Assembly: GCA_050953105.1 (NCBI GenBank)
Contig: JBMNMA010000009.1
Span: 261,143-325,142, forward strand
From: Eubacteriales bacterium
Lineage (GTDB): Bacteria; Bacillota; Clostridia; Oscillospirales; CAG-382
DNA: 64,000 bases
Direction of reading: 5' to 3'
Shown: positions 19,592 to 29,829 of the stretch, piece after piece
Layout of the letters: every line of letters begins with the position of its first letter
Position numbering within the stretch: the stretch's first letter is position 1
Translations under genes and position numbers: made by a program
Notes under the pieces: generated by a model
The model's input: only the letters and a program-made list of their open reading frames with translations
What the model was told of the DNA's origin: nothing
Database searches by the model: none

Positions 19592-20011
19592 GGCCTGTGA
19601 GAAAGGGGGGACCTTAAGGTTGGGATTTTGGGTGAATATCCCTTTCCCTGTGTGTCATGTTGTTTTTGGTTACGGACTGCGGGACTTGTTTTGATATAGT
19701 AGATAATGTGGTTGCTGAAAACAAAGTATGTTCTGATATGGTTTTAATTTAGTTAATTTTAATTTGCCTTAAGCTATAAGTTAATTAATATGATTGATGA
19801 ATTATAAAATCCTATTTTTGTTTATGCAAATTATAAAAACCGCGGGTTTATAAAATCTTACACCTAAAACACGAACAAGTGTAAATAGATTAAAAAAGTA
19901 AGGTGCTAATGAAATTGTGTTGCTGATAAATTTAACGCACACCTCCCTGTCACAGCATTTATTTACTTAGAATAATTATAAAAATTAATGTATAAATTTC
20001 CGGAGGTTATT

Positions 20012-21295
20012 ATGGAAAACAAAATCAGAGTCGCTATTACCGGACTCGGTTCACGTGGCTTTGACACCTACGCCACACTTACCAAAAAGTTCCCCGACGA
20101 CCTTGTTATCACAGCCGTCGCAGATCCGAGAAAAGAACGGATTGAAAAGTTCAGGAAGGAATTTGATATTCCCGAAGAAAACTGCTTTACCTCGTCCGAG
20201 GAAATGCTGTCCCGGGAAAAGCTTGCCGACGTACTGTTTATCTGCACCCTTGACAAGCAGCATTACTCCGAAGCCATGGCCGCTTTAAACAAAGGCTATG
20301 ACATACTTCTTGAAAAACCAATATCCACGTCCGCCAAGGAATGCTATGACATTGCCGAAACCGCAAACCGCCTTGGCCGTAAAGTTGTGGTGTGCCACGT
20401 GCTGCGCTACACCGTATTTTATCAGAAAATTAAGGAGATTATATCCGCCGGCACAATCGGCGACGTAGCGTCAATACAGGCCATTGAGCGTGTGTGCTAC
20501 TGGCATCAGGCCCACTCCTTTGTCCGGGGCAACTGGCGCAATTCCAATACCTCCTCTTCTATGATACTTCAGAAATGCTGCCATGACATGGACATTTATC
20601 TCTGGCTTGCCGATAAGAAGTGCAAAGCCGTTTCCTCCTTCGGTTCGCTGTTTTACTTTAAAAAGGAAAACTCTCCTGAAGGCGCATCCGAACGCTGCTC
20701 AAACAAATGTTCTGTGTTTGACACCTGCGTTTACAACCCTTATAAGTTCTACGGCGATATGATTAAAAACGGCGTATATGAATGGCCGGTAAACGTGGTT
20801 ACCCAGAAAAATGACCTTGAATCCCTGTATAAAGCCCTTGAGGAAGGCCCCTACGGTAAATGCGTGTTCAACAACGACAACAACGTAGTTGACCAGCAGG
20901 TGGTAAACCTTAATCTTGAGGACGGCTCTACCATTGCCTTTACCATGTCGGCCTTTGCCAACCGCCCCGGCCGGACAATGCTGATAATGGGAACAAAGGG
21001 CAACATAGAAGCATCCATGGACGAAAATTACATAAAAATTGAAGTTTTCGGCCAACCCATGGAGGAAATCGACGTGAGAAAGCTCACCGATGACTTTTTC
21101 GGTCATGGCGGCGGCGACGGCAGAATGATAAGCAGCCTTATAAAATACATTCGAACCGGCGAAGCCGATCCCGGAATAACCACCATCGACCGCTCGGTGG
21201 AAAGCCATTACGTTGCCATGGCAGCCGAGAAATCCCGTGTGGAAAACGGCAGGGTTGTAACCATGGATGAATTTGTAACCGGCATTAACGGTTAA
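20012..21295 (+). CDS. Gfo/Idh/MocA family oxidoreductase
   Basis: ITGLGSRG, VADP, LLEKP, VCHVLRY, HSFVRGNWR, KCCHDMD, GHGGGD; GGAGG RBS before ATG 20012. Confidence 0.9.
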   Translation: MENKIRVAITGLGSRGFDTYATLTKKFPDDLVITAVADPRKERIEKFRKEFDIPEENCFTSSEEMLSREKLADVLFICTLDKQHYSEAMAALNKGYDILLEKPISTSAKECYDIAETANRLGRKVVVCHVLRYTVFYQKIKEIISAGTIGDVASIQAIERVCYWHQAHSFVRGNWRNSNTSSSMILQKCCHDMDIYLWLADKKCKAVSSFGSLFYFKKENSPEGASERCSNKCSVFDTCVYNPYKFYGDMIKNGVYEWPVNVVTQKNDLESLYKALEEGPYGKCVFNNDNNVVDQQVVNLNLEDGSTIAFTMSAFANRPGRTMLIMGTKGNIEASMDENYIKIEVFGQPMEEIDVRKLTDDFFGHGGGDGRMISSLIKYIRTGEADPGITTIDRSVESHYVAMAAEKSRVENGRVVTMDEFVTGING

Positions 21296-21337
21296 AATTT
21301 TCATTATCACTTCCCTTTTGACTATAATATAAACAAC

Positions 21338-21365
21338 AAAAAACCGGTCTGATGACCGGTTTTTT
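21338..21365. terminator. Bidirectional terminator
   Basis: AAAAAACCGGTC-TGAT-GACCGGTTTTTT. Confidence 0.88.
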
Positions 21366-21378
21366 ATTATTTGATTAA

Positions 21379-24300
21379 TTACTTTGAAAGTCTTACCAAA
21401 GAGGTGTTTAAGCAGTCGATAATAAAGTTAATATCTTCGACCATTGCTTTGGAAACATCCTTTTCGGGGCAGCTTTCCATAAGTGTCTTTAACTCGCCAA
21501 GGGCCGAAATGGCGTTTTGGCAGTATTCTGTTTTTGCTTCCTTGGTTGACTTTTCAAGGTCAAAGGCTTTGGCCTGGTTTACAAGCGCCTGAGCCTGAGA
21601 TTTAACCTTAGAATAGAAGTCCCCTTCAATGGGTTTAAGGTAGGCGTAAACGCTGTCTACGTCTTCTACAAGCCTTTCAGCATAGGCGGATACTGTTTCT
21701 GAAAGCCTGTATGTCTGAACGCTCTTTCTGGAGTAAACACCCATTCTTAAGGCGTCAAAATAGTTTTCCTCATGGATTATAAGGCTTCCCCAGGAAAAGA
21801 GGTTCTGACCGAAAGCACCGGCTTCCCTTGACAGTTTGACCTGTTCAACAAGGATATAATCAGGAGATACTTCAAAGGCCGAAAGACCTATTGAGTAATA
21901 GCACTTGCCGTCGGTGTATTTGGTGAAGGTTTTGATATTATCCACCGGAACAGTAAGGCTGGTGGTGTAGCTCATGGAGAAAACCTCGTCCATGTAGCCC
22001 GCCTCAACCCAGGCGTTGAAGTTCTGGAAAATAGTCGTCCTTGAACCTGGATAGTGATTGGAAACGGCGCAGGACATTATAATGTCGGGATCAAGGCTCT
22101 TGGCCATGGCGTAAACCTTGGCAACCCAGTCGTTTATTATCCCTTCCCTAAACAGGCACCAGTTGTTCCAGTCCTTGCTGTTGGAAGTCATATTCTTGGG
22201 GTTGACGGTGGTGTTATAGGCCTGCTGGAACCCGGCGATAATGTTGTCATTATAGCCGAAATCGGCTCCGTCAGGATTGGGTTCGGGGAATCTGATATAG
22301 TCAAGATGCAGACCGTCTATGTCATACTTCTCTATCATTTCCCTGTAAACACCCATGACTAAATTCTGGGAATATTCTTCATAGGGGTTTAAAAATACGA
22401 AATTACCGTACATGGTGGGGCAGTAATTGCGTCCTGCCTTGTCAAGGAGGTGATAACCCTGTGTAGCCTTGACCAGGTCTCCGGTATCTGTGCCTATAAA
22501 GAAGTTTTCAACCCAGACATGGATTTCAATGCCGAACTCGTGACCGATACGGCAGAATCCCTCAAGGGCGTCATAATTGCCGTGGGCGGCGGTGTGATGG
22601 CCTATAAGGCTGTTTTCCGAATAGCCAATAACCTTACCGTTATACCATGCTTCAATGTAAACGGCGTTTATGTTCATGTCTGCCATAAGGCGGATGGTTT
22701 TGTAAACGTCCTCGTCACTCTTTTCGTATGCCCTGTACCACACAGATCTGTTTTCAACGGGGGCCGATTCATAAAGAGAAAACCTTAACTTTTCAAGCAC
22801 GGGGGTAACGCCGTTTGCAAGCTCGGCGGCTTTGGCGATATCTCCGGACTTAAAGGCGGCGTCCGCTTGATCAAGGGTGTTCTGGGCAAAGGTGAGAGAG
22901 GATGAAACCTCTGAATAGTTTATAGAGTAAAATTTGCTTTTGGCGTTATCAAAGGCGGCCTTCTGCTCATCAAGCAATACGGCGGTGCTGTAAACCATAA
23001 GGTCGGGGCTGGTGTAAACCGACACGGTTTTGGTGGTCTTGTCAAGGCTGACATTGGCCCCTGCCATATACATATTTTTAAGCATATCTATATTGGCATC
23101 CCCGTGGACGGATATTACAAACCCGCCGGTGGGTATTTCCATATTGCCGGCATAGCTTGCGGACACCATTTTACCTTCGGCATTAACGCTTACTTCGTAA
23201 CCGTAGATGTTGGTGCCGGTGGTTTTGCCTTCTTTGCCGTCATAAATTACGATATAGTTGGTATGTCTTATTCCGTTTATTGCGGTGTAGTTGAAGGATG
23301 AATAGCCATACTGATTGCCCACCACAGAAATAAGGGCGACATCACCAACTTCAATATTCTTTGCGGGATTGGAATACACCGTTCCGGTTTTGGCAATAGC
23401 CAGAACATATCCGTTTTCGGGTATGGTCGAGTTGCCTGCGGTGGAAACGCTTATAACTTTGCCGTTTTGAATGGCAAATTCAAGGCATTCACCGTTTCCG
23501 GTGGAGCTGCCGTAGGCAGTGGTGTAAAGCACCACCGGATTTGCTTGGGAAACGGCTGTATTCATGGCGTTCCAGGGATAATTTGTTCCGTTGATTCTCA
23601 CGAACTTGTCGGGGGATTCGGTATCCTTAATTAAAAGGTTTTCTATTGTGTCGCCCATTTTAATCTCCTTTGCCATATCCTTTTTGTTACCGGCAAATGA
23701 CAGCACAAAGCCGTGGGAAGTGGGGATAAGGGTGCGGGTGTTTTCGGGTGATATATAGCACACCTTACCGCCAACCACCACCACATCCACAAAGGACGGA
23801 CGGCTGTCTGTTATAAGGGAGGAATTTTCGGTAGTATAAAGGAAAATTCCGTCATTGCCTTCGGAGGTGTTTATATGACCGTTGTCAAAGGTGTAATAAT
23901 TTTCCCCAATTTTAACGGCGGCGACGTCGGTTATGCCGTTGGCTTGTTCAAGCCGGGTAAAATACATTTTGGTTTCGGCGTAAAATTCCTTAGCGTATGA
24001 AACGTTGTATTCCCCGGTGAAAATAAGCGCATATTTGCCGGATATTTTGCTTCCGCTTTCCACAATTTCTTCAACCGAAAAGTTGGATCCGGTAGACTGA
24101 TCGAGGATAACGGCAACCGCATTTTCGGGAACGGTAACGGTATCGTTTTTAGATACGTAATAGATTTTATCTTCCTCAAAAATCCCGTCAACCGGTGCGG
24201 TCATATTTATGCGCCTTGTTTTGGTTCTGTCCTCGGGGATAACGGTTGCCAGATCAAGCCGTTCGTAGGAAGGCTTATTATTGTAGCCGGTAACGGTTAT

Positions 24301-24774
24301 CTTTGCTCCGGTTTTAACCTTAAAGTTTTCGGGAATAAGCGAAGCATCCACCGACAAGGTAAAGCCGTTTACGGGGATATAAATTTTTTCCTTTTTCCCC
24401 TTGCCCTCGATTTTGTCAAGGATTGTATAGCCTTCGGTGTTGTCGCTTACAGAACGTTTGACTATAAGTATGTATCTTCCCTCATTTGTGCCGGGAAGAT
24501 AAAGGGCAGGCTTACCGTCAGAAACGTAGTTTCTGTCGTATAATGCCACGCCAAGACCGTCGTAGCTGCTGTTGACGGCATTAACGGCAAAGGTAGTGCC
24601 GTCGATATCGACGGTAATACCTGTCTGGCTGTCGGGAGTGCTTGTTTCGGACGTGGTGTCGCTGACGATATCGGAGGTGTCGTTACCTCCCTTACCGCAG
24701 GAAACAAGCAGCGATATCATCATTATAATTGCAATTACAAGGGATATTGGGCGTATGGCCTTTTTTTCAGGCAT
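21379..24774 (-). CDS. Large lipoprotein with repeated beta modules and a C-terminal glycosyl hydrolase-like 10 (GHL10) domain
   Basis: Lipobox LVSC, Ser/Thr linker, about 5 IP.NG.VLS-type modules, then ENRSVW, NAVYIEAWYNG, IEIHVWV, FLNP, DGLHLDYIRFP, MSY. Confidence 0.8.
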   Translation of the reverse strand: MPEKKAIRPISLVIAIIMMISLLVSCGKGGNDTSDIVSDTTSETSTPDSQTGITVDIDGTTFAVNAVNSSYDGLGVALYDRNYVSDGKPALYLPGTNEGRYILIVKRSVSDNTEGYTILDKIEGKGKKEKIYIPVNGFTLSVDASLIPENFKVKTGAKITVTGYNNKPSYERLDLATVIPEDRTKTRRINMTAPVDGIFEEDKIYYVSKNDTVTVPENAVAVILDQSTGSNFSVEEIVESGSKISGKYALIFTGEYNVSYAKEFYAETKMYFTRLEQANGITDVAAVKIGENYYTFDNGHINTSEGNDGIFLYTTENSSLITDSRPSFVDVVVVGGKVCYISPENTRTLIPTSHGFVLSFAGNKKDMAKEIKMGDTIENLLIKDTESPDKFVRINGTNYPWNAMNTAVSQANPVVLYTTAYGSSTGNGECLEFAIQNGKVISVSTAGNSTIPENGYVLAIAKTGTVYSNPAKNIEVGDVALISVVGNQYGYSSFNYTAINGIRHTNYIVIYDGKEGKTTGTNIYGYEVSVNAEGKMVSASYAGNMEIPTGGFVISVHGDANIDMLKNMYMAGANVSLDKTTKTVSVYTSPDLMVYSTAVLLDEQKAAFDNAKSKFYSINYSEVSSSLTFAQNTLDQADAAFKSGDIAKAAELANGVTPVLEKLRFSLYESAPVENRSVWYRAYEKSDEDVYKTIRLMADMNINAVYIEAWYNGKVIGYSENSLIGHHTAAHGNYDALEGFCRIGHEFGIEIHVWVENFFIGTDTGDLVKATQGYHLLDKAGRNYCPTMYGNFVFLNPYEEYSQNLVMGVYREMIEKYDIDGLHLDYIRFPEPNPDGADFGYNDNIIAGFQQAYNTTVNPKNMTSNSKDWNNWCLFREGIINDWVAKVYAMAKSLDPDIIMSCAVSNHYPGSRTTIFQNFNAWVEAGYMDEVFSMSYTTSLTVPVDNIKTFTKYTDGKCYYSIGLSAFEVSPDYILVEQVKLSREAGAFGQNLFSWGSLIIHEENYFDALRMGVYSRKSVQTYRLSETVSAYAERLVEDVDSVYAYLKPIEGDFYSKVKSQAQALVNQAKAFDLEKSTKEAKTEYCQNAISALGELKTLMESCPEKDVSKAMVEDINFIIDCLNTSLVRLSK

Positions 24775-26059
24775 TGGCTCTTCTCCTCTTTCTGATTTTT
24801 AAATATACAACCAATCCGGCAAGGAGCACCACAGCCAAAATGCAGAGTATATAGATTATATAGGAGTCGGAATCCTCGGTGGAGGCTATTTTAAGCTCCG
24901 ACCACAGCTTTGCTACGTTGTCAAGGGTGGACTGGGGAAGGTTGCGGAAATAGTAGTCCCTCGAATCCTTGCCGGGATAAAGCTCCTCATAGTTGGGATA
25001 AAGGATATCCATTGCGTCGGGGTGGATTTCGGCTAAAAATTCCTGGTATTCCTCCATCTCCACAACTGCGGTGTTGGGGGTGGCGTAGCACACCGTTTCG
25101 GCGTTCTGAAGGGCCACGTTGGGGTCGAGGAGGAAGTTTATATACAGCTCGGCGGCCTCCTTGTTGGTGGAGGACTTGGGTATGCACATTGCGTCAACAA
25201 AAATGTTGGTCCCTTCCTTGGGATAAGCAAAGGCAAGGTCGGGGTTGTTTTCATACATGCTTAAAAAGTCGCCGGCGTAGTAGGGGGCAACAGCAGCCGA
25301 GCCGCTTTCCATAATGTTGTAAATCTCGTCCATGACGTAGGCTTTGACATAGTTTTTTTGTTCAAGCAGCCAGTTTTTAGCCTGCTCCCATTCGGAAGCG
25401 TCCTGGGTGTTAAGGTCTATACCAAGCATAAACTGGGCAATGGCAAAGGCGTCCCGGGGGTTGTTTATCATTAATATTTTATCTTTTAAATTGGGATCGC
25501 GTAAAACCGACCAGCTGTCGGGGGTGTAGTCCACCATTTTGGTGTTGTAGATTATGCCAACCATACCTACAAGGTAGGGGACGGAATATTCGTTGTTGGC
25601 GTCGTAATATAAGTCTTTAAAGTCTTCGCTTATATATTTATAGTTGGGGATATTGTTAAAATCCAGCTTATGAAGCATGCCTTCGCTTATAAGGCGTTCC
25701 ACCATATAGTCGGAGGGTATGATTATGTCGTAGTTGGTGGCTCCGCTTTTAAGCTTGGAGTACATATCCTCGTTGGTTGAAAAGTTGGTGTAATTGATTT
25801 CTATACCTGTAAGTTTTGTAAACTCCTTGTTTACGTCAATGCTGCCTTCGGTGCCGTCGGAAATATATTCGCCCCAGTTATATATATTGAGGGTGGTTCC
25901 GGCAAAGCGGGTGTAATCGATGGCGGCGGTTTCGGGTGTTACCTCAAACTCAGTCTCATCATCTGTTCCGCAGGAGGTAAGTAAAACCCCGAAAACGATG
26001 GTAAACACGGCTAAAACAAGGGAAAATACCCTTTTCTTTACAAAAAACTTTTTTGTCAA
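24767..26059 (-). CDS. potD: Spermidine/putrescine ABC substrate-binding protein with an extra C-terminal TM
   Basis: LNIYNWGEYI, NEDMYSKL, YDIIIPSDYM, PKEGTNIFVD; lipobox LTSC; C-terminal hydrophobic helix plus KRRRR; TTG start at 26059 behind AGGAG. Confidence 0.9.
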   Translation of the reverse strand: MTKKFFVKKRVFSLVLAVFTIVFGVLLTSCGTDDETEFEVTPETAAIDYTRFAGTTLNIYNWGEYISDGTEGSIDVNKEFTKLTGIEINYTNFSTNEDMYSKLKSGATNYDIIIPSDYMVERLISEGMLHKLDFNNIPNYKYISEDFKDLYYDANNEYSVPYLVGMVGIIYNTKMVDYTPDSWSVLRDPNLKDKILMINNPRDAFAIAQFMLGIDLNTQDASEWEQAKNWLLEQKNYVKAYVMDEIYNIMESGSAAVAPYYAGDFLSMYENNPDLAFAYPKEGTNIFVDAMCIPKSSTNKEAAELYINFLLDPNVALQNAETVCYATPNTAVVEMEEYQEFLAEIHPDAMDILYPNYEELYPGKDSRDYYFRNLPQSTLDNVAKLWSELKIASTEDSDSYIIYILCILAVVLLAGLVVYLKIRKRRRANA

Positions 26060-26095
26060 CTCTCTATCTCCTTTACAATAATTTGGGTGCAAAAG

Positions 26096-26902
26096 TTATC
26101 TGTTTACAGGCTTTTTGACCTGGTTTTTGTCTTTGGTCAGCAGGTTTCTGGCCAAAAGCAATATGAAAATCACCAAAAAGATAACCGCAAACAATGCGTT
26201 CATGTCGGGTTTAACCCGTTTTTTGGTCATTGAGTATATATAAATGGGCAATGTCTGGAACGATTCCCCTGCCACAAAGTAGCTTATAACAAAGTCGTCA
26301 AGTGACAAGGTGAAGGACATAAGCAGTCCGGTGGCAATGCCGGGCAGCAGTTCAAAAATTTCCGCCTTGAAGAAGGCCTGTAACGGCGTGCAGCCTAAGT
26401 CCATGGCCGCTTCGGGGAGGTTTTTGTCCATCTGCTTTAACTTTGGCATTACGCAAAGAATAACATAGGGCAGGTTGAAGGTTACATGGGCAATTAGCAT
26501 TGTCCAGAAACCGAAAATACGAAGGTTTAAAAGTGTCGCTCCGAAGGCAAACAGCAGCATTATCGAAACGCCGGTAACGATATCCGGATTCATCATGGGG
26601 ATATTGGTTACCGTCATAATTGCAGATTTAAGCTTTTTGTTGCCTATATTGTATATCCCCACCGCAGCGGCGGTGCCAAGCACCGTGGCTATAAGAGCCG
26701 ATGAAACTGCAAGGATAAGGGAATTTATAAGAGCATCTATGGCTTTATCGTTTTTAAACAGCTCGCCATACCATTTGAGGGAAAAGCCCGAAAATTCCGC
26801 CATGCTTTCAGAGGAGTTGAAGGAAAACACGATAATAACAATAATAGGTATATAAAGAAGGGCGAAAATTATTCCGGTATATAATTTTCCGGCTATTTTC
26901 AT
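26096..26902 (-). CDS. potC: Spermidine/putrescine ABC permease
   Basis: IVFSFN, EAAMDLG EAA loop, SLDDFVIS, TLPIYIYS. Confidence 0.92.
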   Translation of the reverse strand: MKIAGKLYTGIIFALLYIPIIVIIVFSFNSSESMAEFSGFSLKWYGELFKNDKAIDALINSLILAVSSALIATVLGTAAAVGIYNIGNKKLKSAIMTVTNIPMMNPDIVTGVSIMLLFAFGATLLNLRIFGFWTMLIAHVTFNLPYVILCVMPKLKQMDKNLPEAAMDLGCTPLQAFFKAEIFELLPGIATGLLMSFTLSLDDFVISYFVAGESFQTLPIYIYSMTKKRVKPDMNALFAVIFLVIFILLLARNLLTKDKNQVKKPVNR

Positions 26903-27753
26903 ACGATAAAACCTCCCTCCTCCTCATCGTCGGAAAACTGCTTCATTACGATTAGGCAGATGAAAATGAGTATCATAAGCACAAATGAAATTGCCGAACC
27001 GTAATTGTAGACGCCGGCGGCGGATTTGATTTCGGTTTCGATTTCGTCACCTATAAGAGTAAAGTCTGGGGGACCTAACTTTTGTGATATATAGAAGGTG
27101 GACACGCTGGGGACAAACACCATGGTTACCCCGGACACTATTCCCGGCAGACTTAAGGGGAATATAACCTTAAGGAGGGTGTTAAGCCGGTTGCACCCCA
27201 AGTCCTCAGATGCTTCAATAAGGCTTTTGTCCATTTTAGACATTACCGAGTAAATGGGAAGTAGCATATAGGGCAGGAAGTTATATATCATGCCGAATAT
27301 AACCGCTCCGGAGGTATTTATAAGCTTTATCTGCCCCAAGCCTATCGACTGAAAAAGCTGGTTGAGTATGCCGTTGTCCTCAAGCAGTGAGGATATGGCA
27401 TAGGTGCGGAGAACAAAGTTCATCCACATGGGCAGCATAAGCAGCATTATAAGGGTATTTTGTGTTTTTTTCTTGGTTTTTACTATTGCATACGCCAAAG
27501 GATAGGCGATAACAAGACATATTAAAGTGGCGATAAAGGCGAAAGCAAGGGAAATTATAAACACCTTTGGTGTTTCGCCCGAAAACATACGGGAAAAGTT
27601 ATTTACTGAAAAATTGCCGTTTCTGTCGGTAAAGGCGTAATAGATGACAAACAGCAACGGTGCTATGACGAACAACGCAGACCATACAAGGTAGGGCGAT
27701 GCCGCATAGCGCTGAAGCAGGGATTTTTTGTTTTTGACTTCTGTCTTTCCCAT
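26899..27753 (-). CDS. potB: Spermidine/putrescine ABC permease
   Basis: PMWMNFVLRTYA, YNFLPYMLLPIY, EASEDLG. Confidence 0.92.
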   Translation of the reverse strand: MGKTEVKNKKSLLQRYAASPYLVWSALFVIAPLLFVIYYAFTDRNGNFSVNNFSRMFSGETPKVFIISLAFAFIATLICLVIAYPLAYAIVKTKKKTQNTLIMLLMLPMWMNFVLRTYAISSLLEDNGILNQLFQSIGLGQIKLINTSGAVIFGMIYNFLPYMLLPIYSVMSKMDKSLIEASEDLGCNRLNTLLKVIFPLSLPGIVSGVTMVFVPSVSTFYISQKLGPPDFTLIGDEIETEIKSAAGVYNYGSAISFVLMILIFICLIVMKQFSDDEEEGGFIV

Positions 27754-27754
27754 T

Positions 27755-28873
27755 TTACGACTCTTCCTCGGTGTTTTCGGAAAGCTCCTCTATTTCGTCC
27801 GAATAGCTCGAATAGTCACCGAAACGTCCGGAATATTCCGATTTCTTCATAATATGAATATCGTCGGGGTCAAGGACAATACCGATATTAGTCCCTACGG
27901 GATAATAGTCGGTTGTCTGGACAAGCCACTTAAAGCCCCGGATATCCACTATTGTGTCAAAATGAACTCCTCTGAAAGTTACCTGGGTAACCATGCCCTT
28001 AAGCATGCCGTCATTGGGGGGAACAAGATTAATGTCCTCCGGACGAATGACGGCATCCACCGGCTCGTTTTCGCTAAAGCCCTTGTCAAGGCATTTGAAA
28101 GCATGGCCAGCAAAAGAGACCAAAAAATCCTCCTTCATAACCGCATCGACAATATTACTCTCGCCGATAAAGTCGGCCACGAAGGCGTTTCTGGGTTCGT
28201 TGTATATGTCCAGCGGAGAGCCTACCTGCTGAATGCAGCCGTTGTCCATAACCACTATGGAGTCGGACATGGACAAAGCTTCCTCCTGGTCGTGTGTAAC
28301 GTATATAAAGGTTATGCCAAGCTGTTTTTGTATGTTTTTAAGCTCCACCTGCATATCCTTGCGGAGCTTAAGGTCAAGAGCTCCCAAAGGTTCGTCAAGG
28401 AGGAGTATTTTTGGCTTTACCGCCAATGCCCTGGCTATAGCCACGCGCTGCTGCTGGCCGCCGGAAAGCGATGTTACGTTTCTTGTGGAAAAACCCGCCA
28501 GATTAACAAGGGCAAGCATATCCGTCACCCGCTGTTTTATCTCTTTTTCGGGGAGCTTTTGTATCCGCAGGCCGAAAGCCACGTTCTCGAAAACGTTTAA
28601 ATGGGGAAACAGGGCGTATTTTTGGAAAATGGTGTTGACAGGTCGCTTGTAGGGCGGCACGTCGTTCATTTGGACGCCGTTAAAATATACGTTTCCTTTG
28701 TCCGGGGTTACAAAACCGCCGATAATCCTAAGAGTTGTGGTCTTGCCGCAGCCGGAAGGACCCAACAATGTTACAAATTCCTTATCCTTGATTTCAAGGC
28801 TGATATTGTTGAGAATTAAATCGTCGTCAAAGGACACCGATATATTCTCCAGGCGTAAAAGGACATTTTCCAT
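27755..28873 (-). CDS. potA: Spermidine/putrescine ABC ATPase
   Basis: [28 protein letters not shown]-terminus. Confidence 0.94.
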   Translation of the reverse strand: MENVLLRLENISVSFDDDLILNNISLEIKDKEFVTLLGPSGCGKTTTLRIIGGFVTPDKGNVYFNGVQMNDVPPYKRPVNTIFQKYALFPHLNVFENVAFGLRIQKLPEKEIKQRVTDMLALVNLAGFSTRNVTSLSGGQQQRVAIARALAVKPKILLLDEPLGALDLKLRKDMQVELKNIQKQLGITFIYVTHDQEEALSMSDSIVVMDNGCIQQVGSPLDIYNEPRNAFVADFIGESNIVDAVMKEDFLVSFAGHAFKCLDKGFSENEPVDAVIRPEDINLVPPNDGMLKGMVTQVTFRGVHFDTIVDIRGFKWLVQTTDYYPVGTNIGIVLDPDDIHIMKKSEYSGRFGDYSSYSDEIEELSENTEEES

Positions 28874-29037
28874 CTACATCCGTTTCCTCCGTAAAATAAT
28901 AACATTATTGCCGTATATAAAGCTACTTAATAATACATTTTTTGAATTCTTTTGTCAATACACCGAATATAAATATTTTTCTTGTCAGGCAAGTATTTTT
29001 AGGCTTTTTTTCGTCATATTATCAGACGGTGATTTTG

Positions 29038-29748
29038 ATGAAAAAACCTATAGCTTACGCCGCAAAATGCGTCCTCTGCGGCTTTGCCATGTGCGTGCCC
29101 GGACTGTCGGGCGGAAGCATGGCGATATTACTTGGCATATATAAAAACATGATGGAAATAGCCTCGTCTTTTTTAATAAAACCCAAAAAATACCTTCTCC
29201 CTCTTGTCATAACCGGTTTTTCCTGTCTTACGGGGGTGGTGCTGTGGTCGGTATTCCCCGGCAGGCTTTCGGCAGAATATGAGAATGTATTTATAATAGC
29301 CTCGGCGGTTATTGTGGCGGCATCACTTCCCTTTTACATAAAAAACTCAAAAATTAAAAAACTAACGCCGAAAGCACTCCTTTATACTGCCGCCGGAGGG
29401 GTGGCCGTTACTGCAATAGATATTATTTTAAGGTCGGGTAATTCACCGCAAAATCAGTCTTTCGGCTTTTTAGCCTACTTTTTAGCCGGGTTTGTCCTTT
29501 CTGTATCCCTTATCCTACCGGGGATAAGCTACCCGTATATGCTTGCATTTATAGGCATCTATGGCAGGGTGATATCCGCCATAAACAGCCTTGAACTGGC
29601 AGTTTTGCTCCCCCTCGGACTGGGCACCGCCTTGGGGATAGTAGCGCTTGCAAAGTCGATATTGAAAATCATGGAGAAGTTTCCCTTTGAAACCGACTGC
29701 TTTTTGCTGGGGTTTACCGCATTATCAACAGTATTAATATTTATTTGA
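29038..29748 (+). CDS. DUF368 family membrane protein
   Basis: VPGLSGGSMAILLGIY and LILPGISYPYMLAFIGIY re-entrant motifs. Confidence 0.82.
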   Translation: MKKPIAYAAKCVLCGFAMCVPGLSGGSMAILLGIYKNMMEIASSFLIKPKKYLLPLVITGFSCLTGVVLWSVFPGRLSAEYENVFIIASAVIVAASLPFYIKNSKIKKLTPKALLYTAAGGVAVTAIDIILRSGNSPQNQSFGFLAYFLAGFVLSVSLILPGISYPYMLAFIGIYGRVISAINSLELAVLLPLGLGTALGIVALAKSILKIMEKFPFETDCFLLGFTALSTVLIFI

Positions 29749-29829
29749 GCGTAAAATTAACACAATTTTCACCAATTTTAACTTTGGGAGTGTTAATATG
29801 GTTTGAATAAGTAGTTAAGGAGGACTGCA

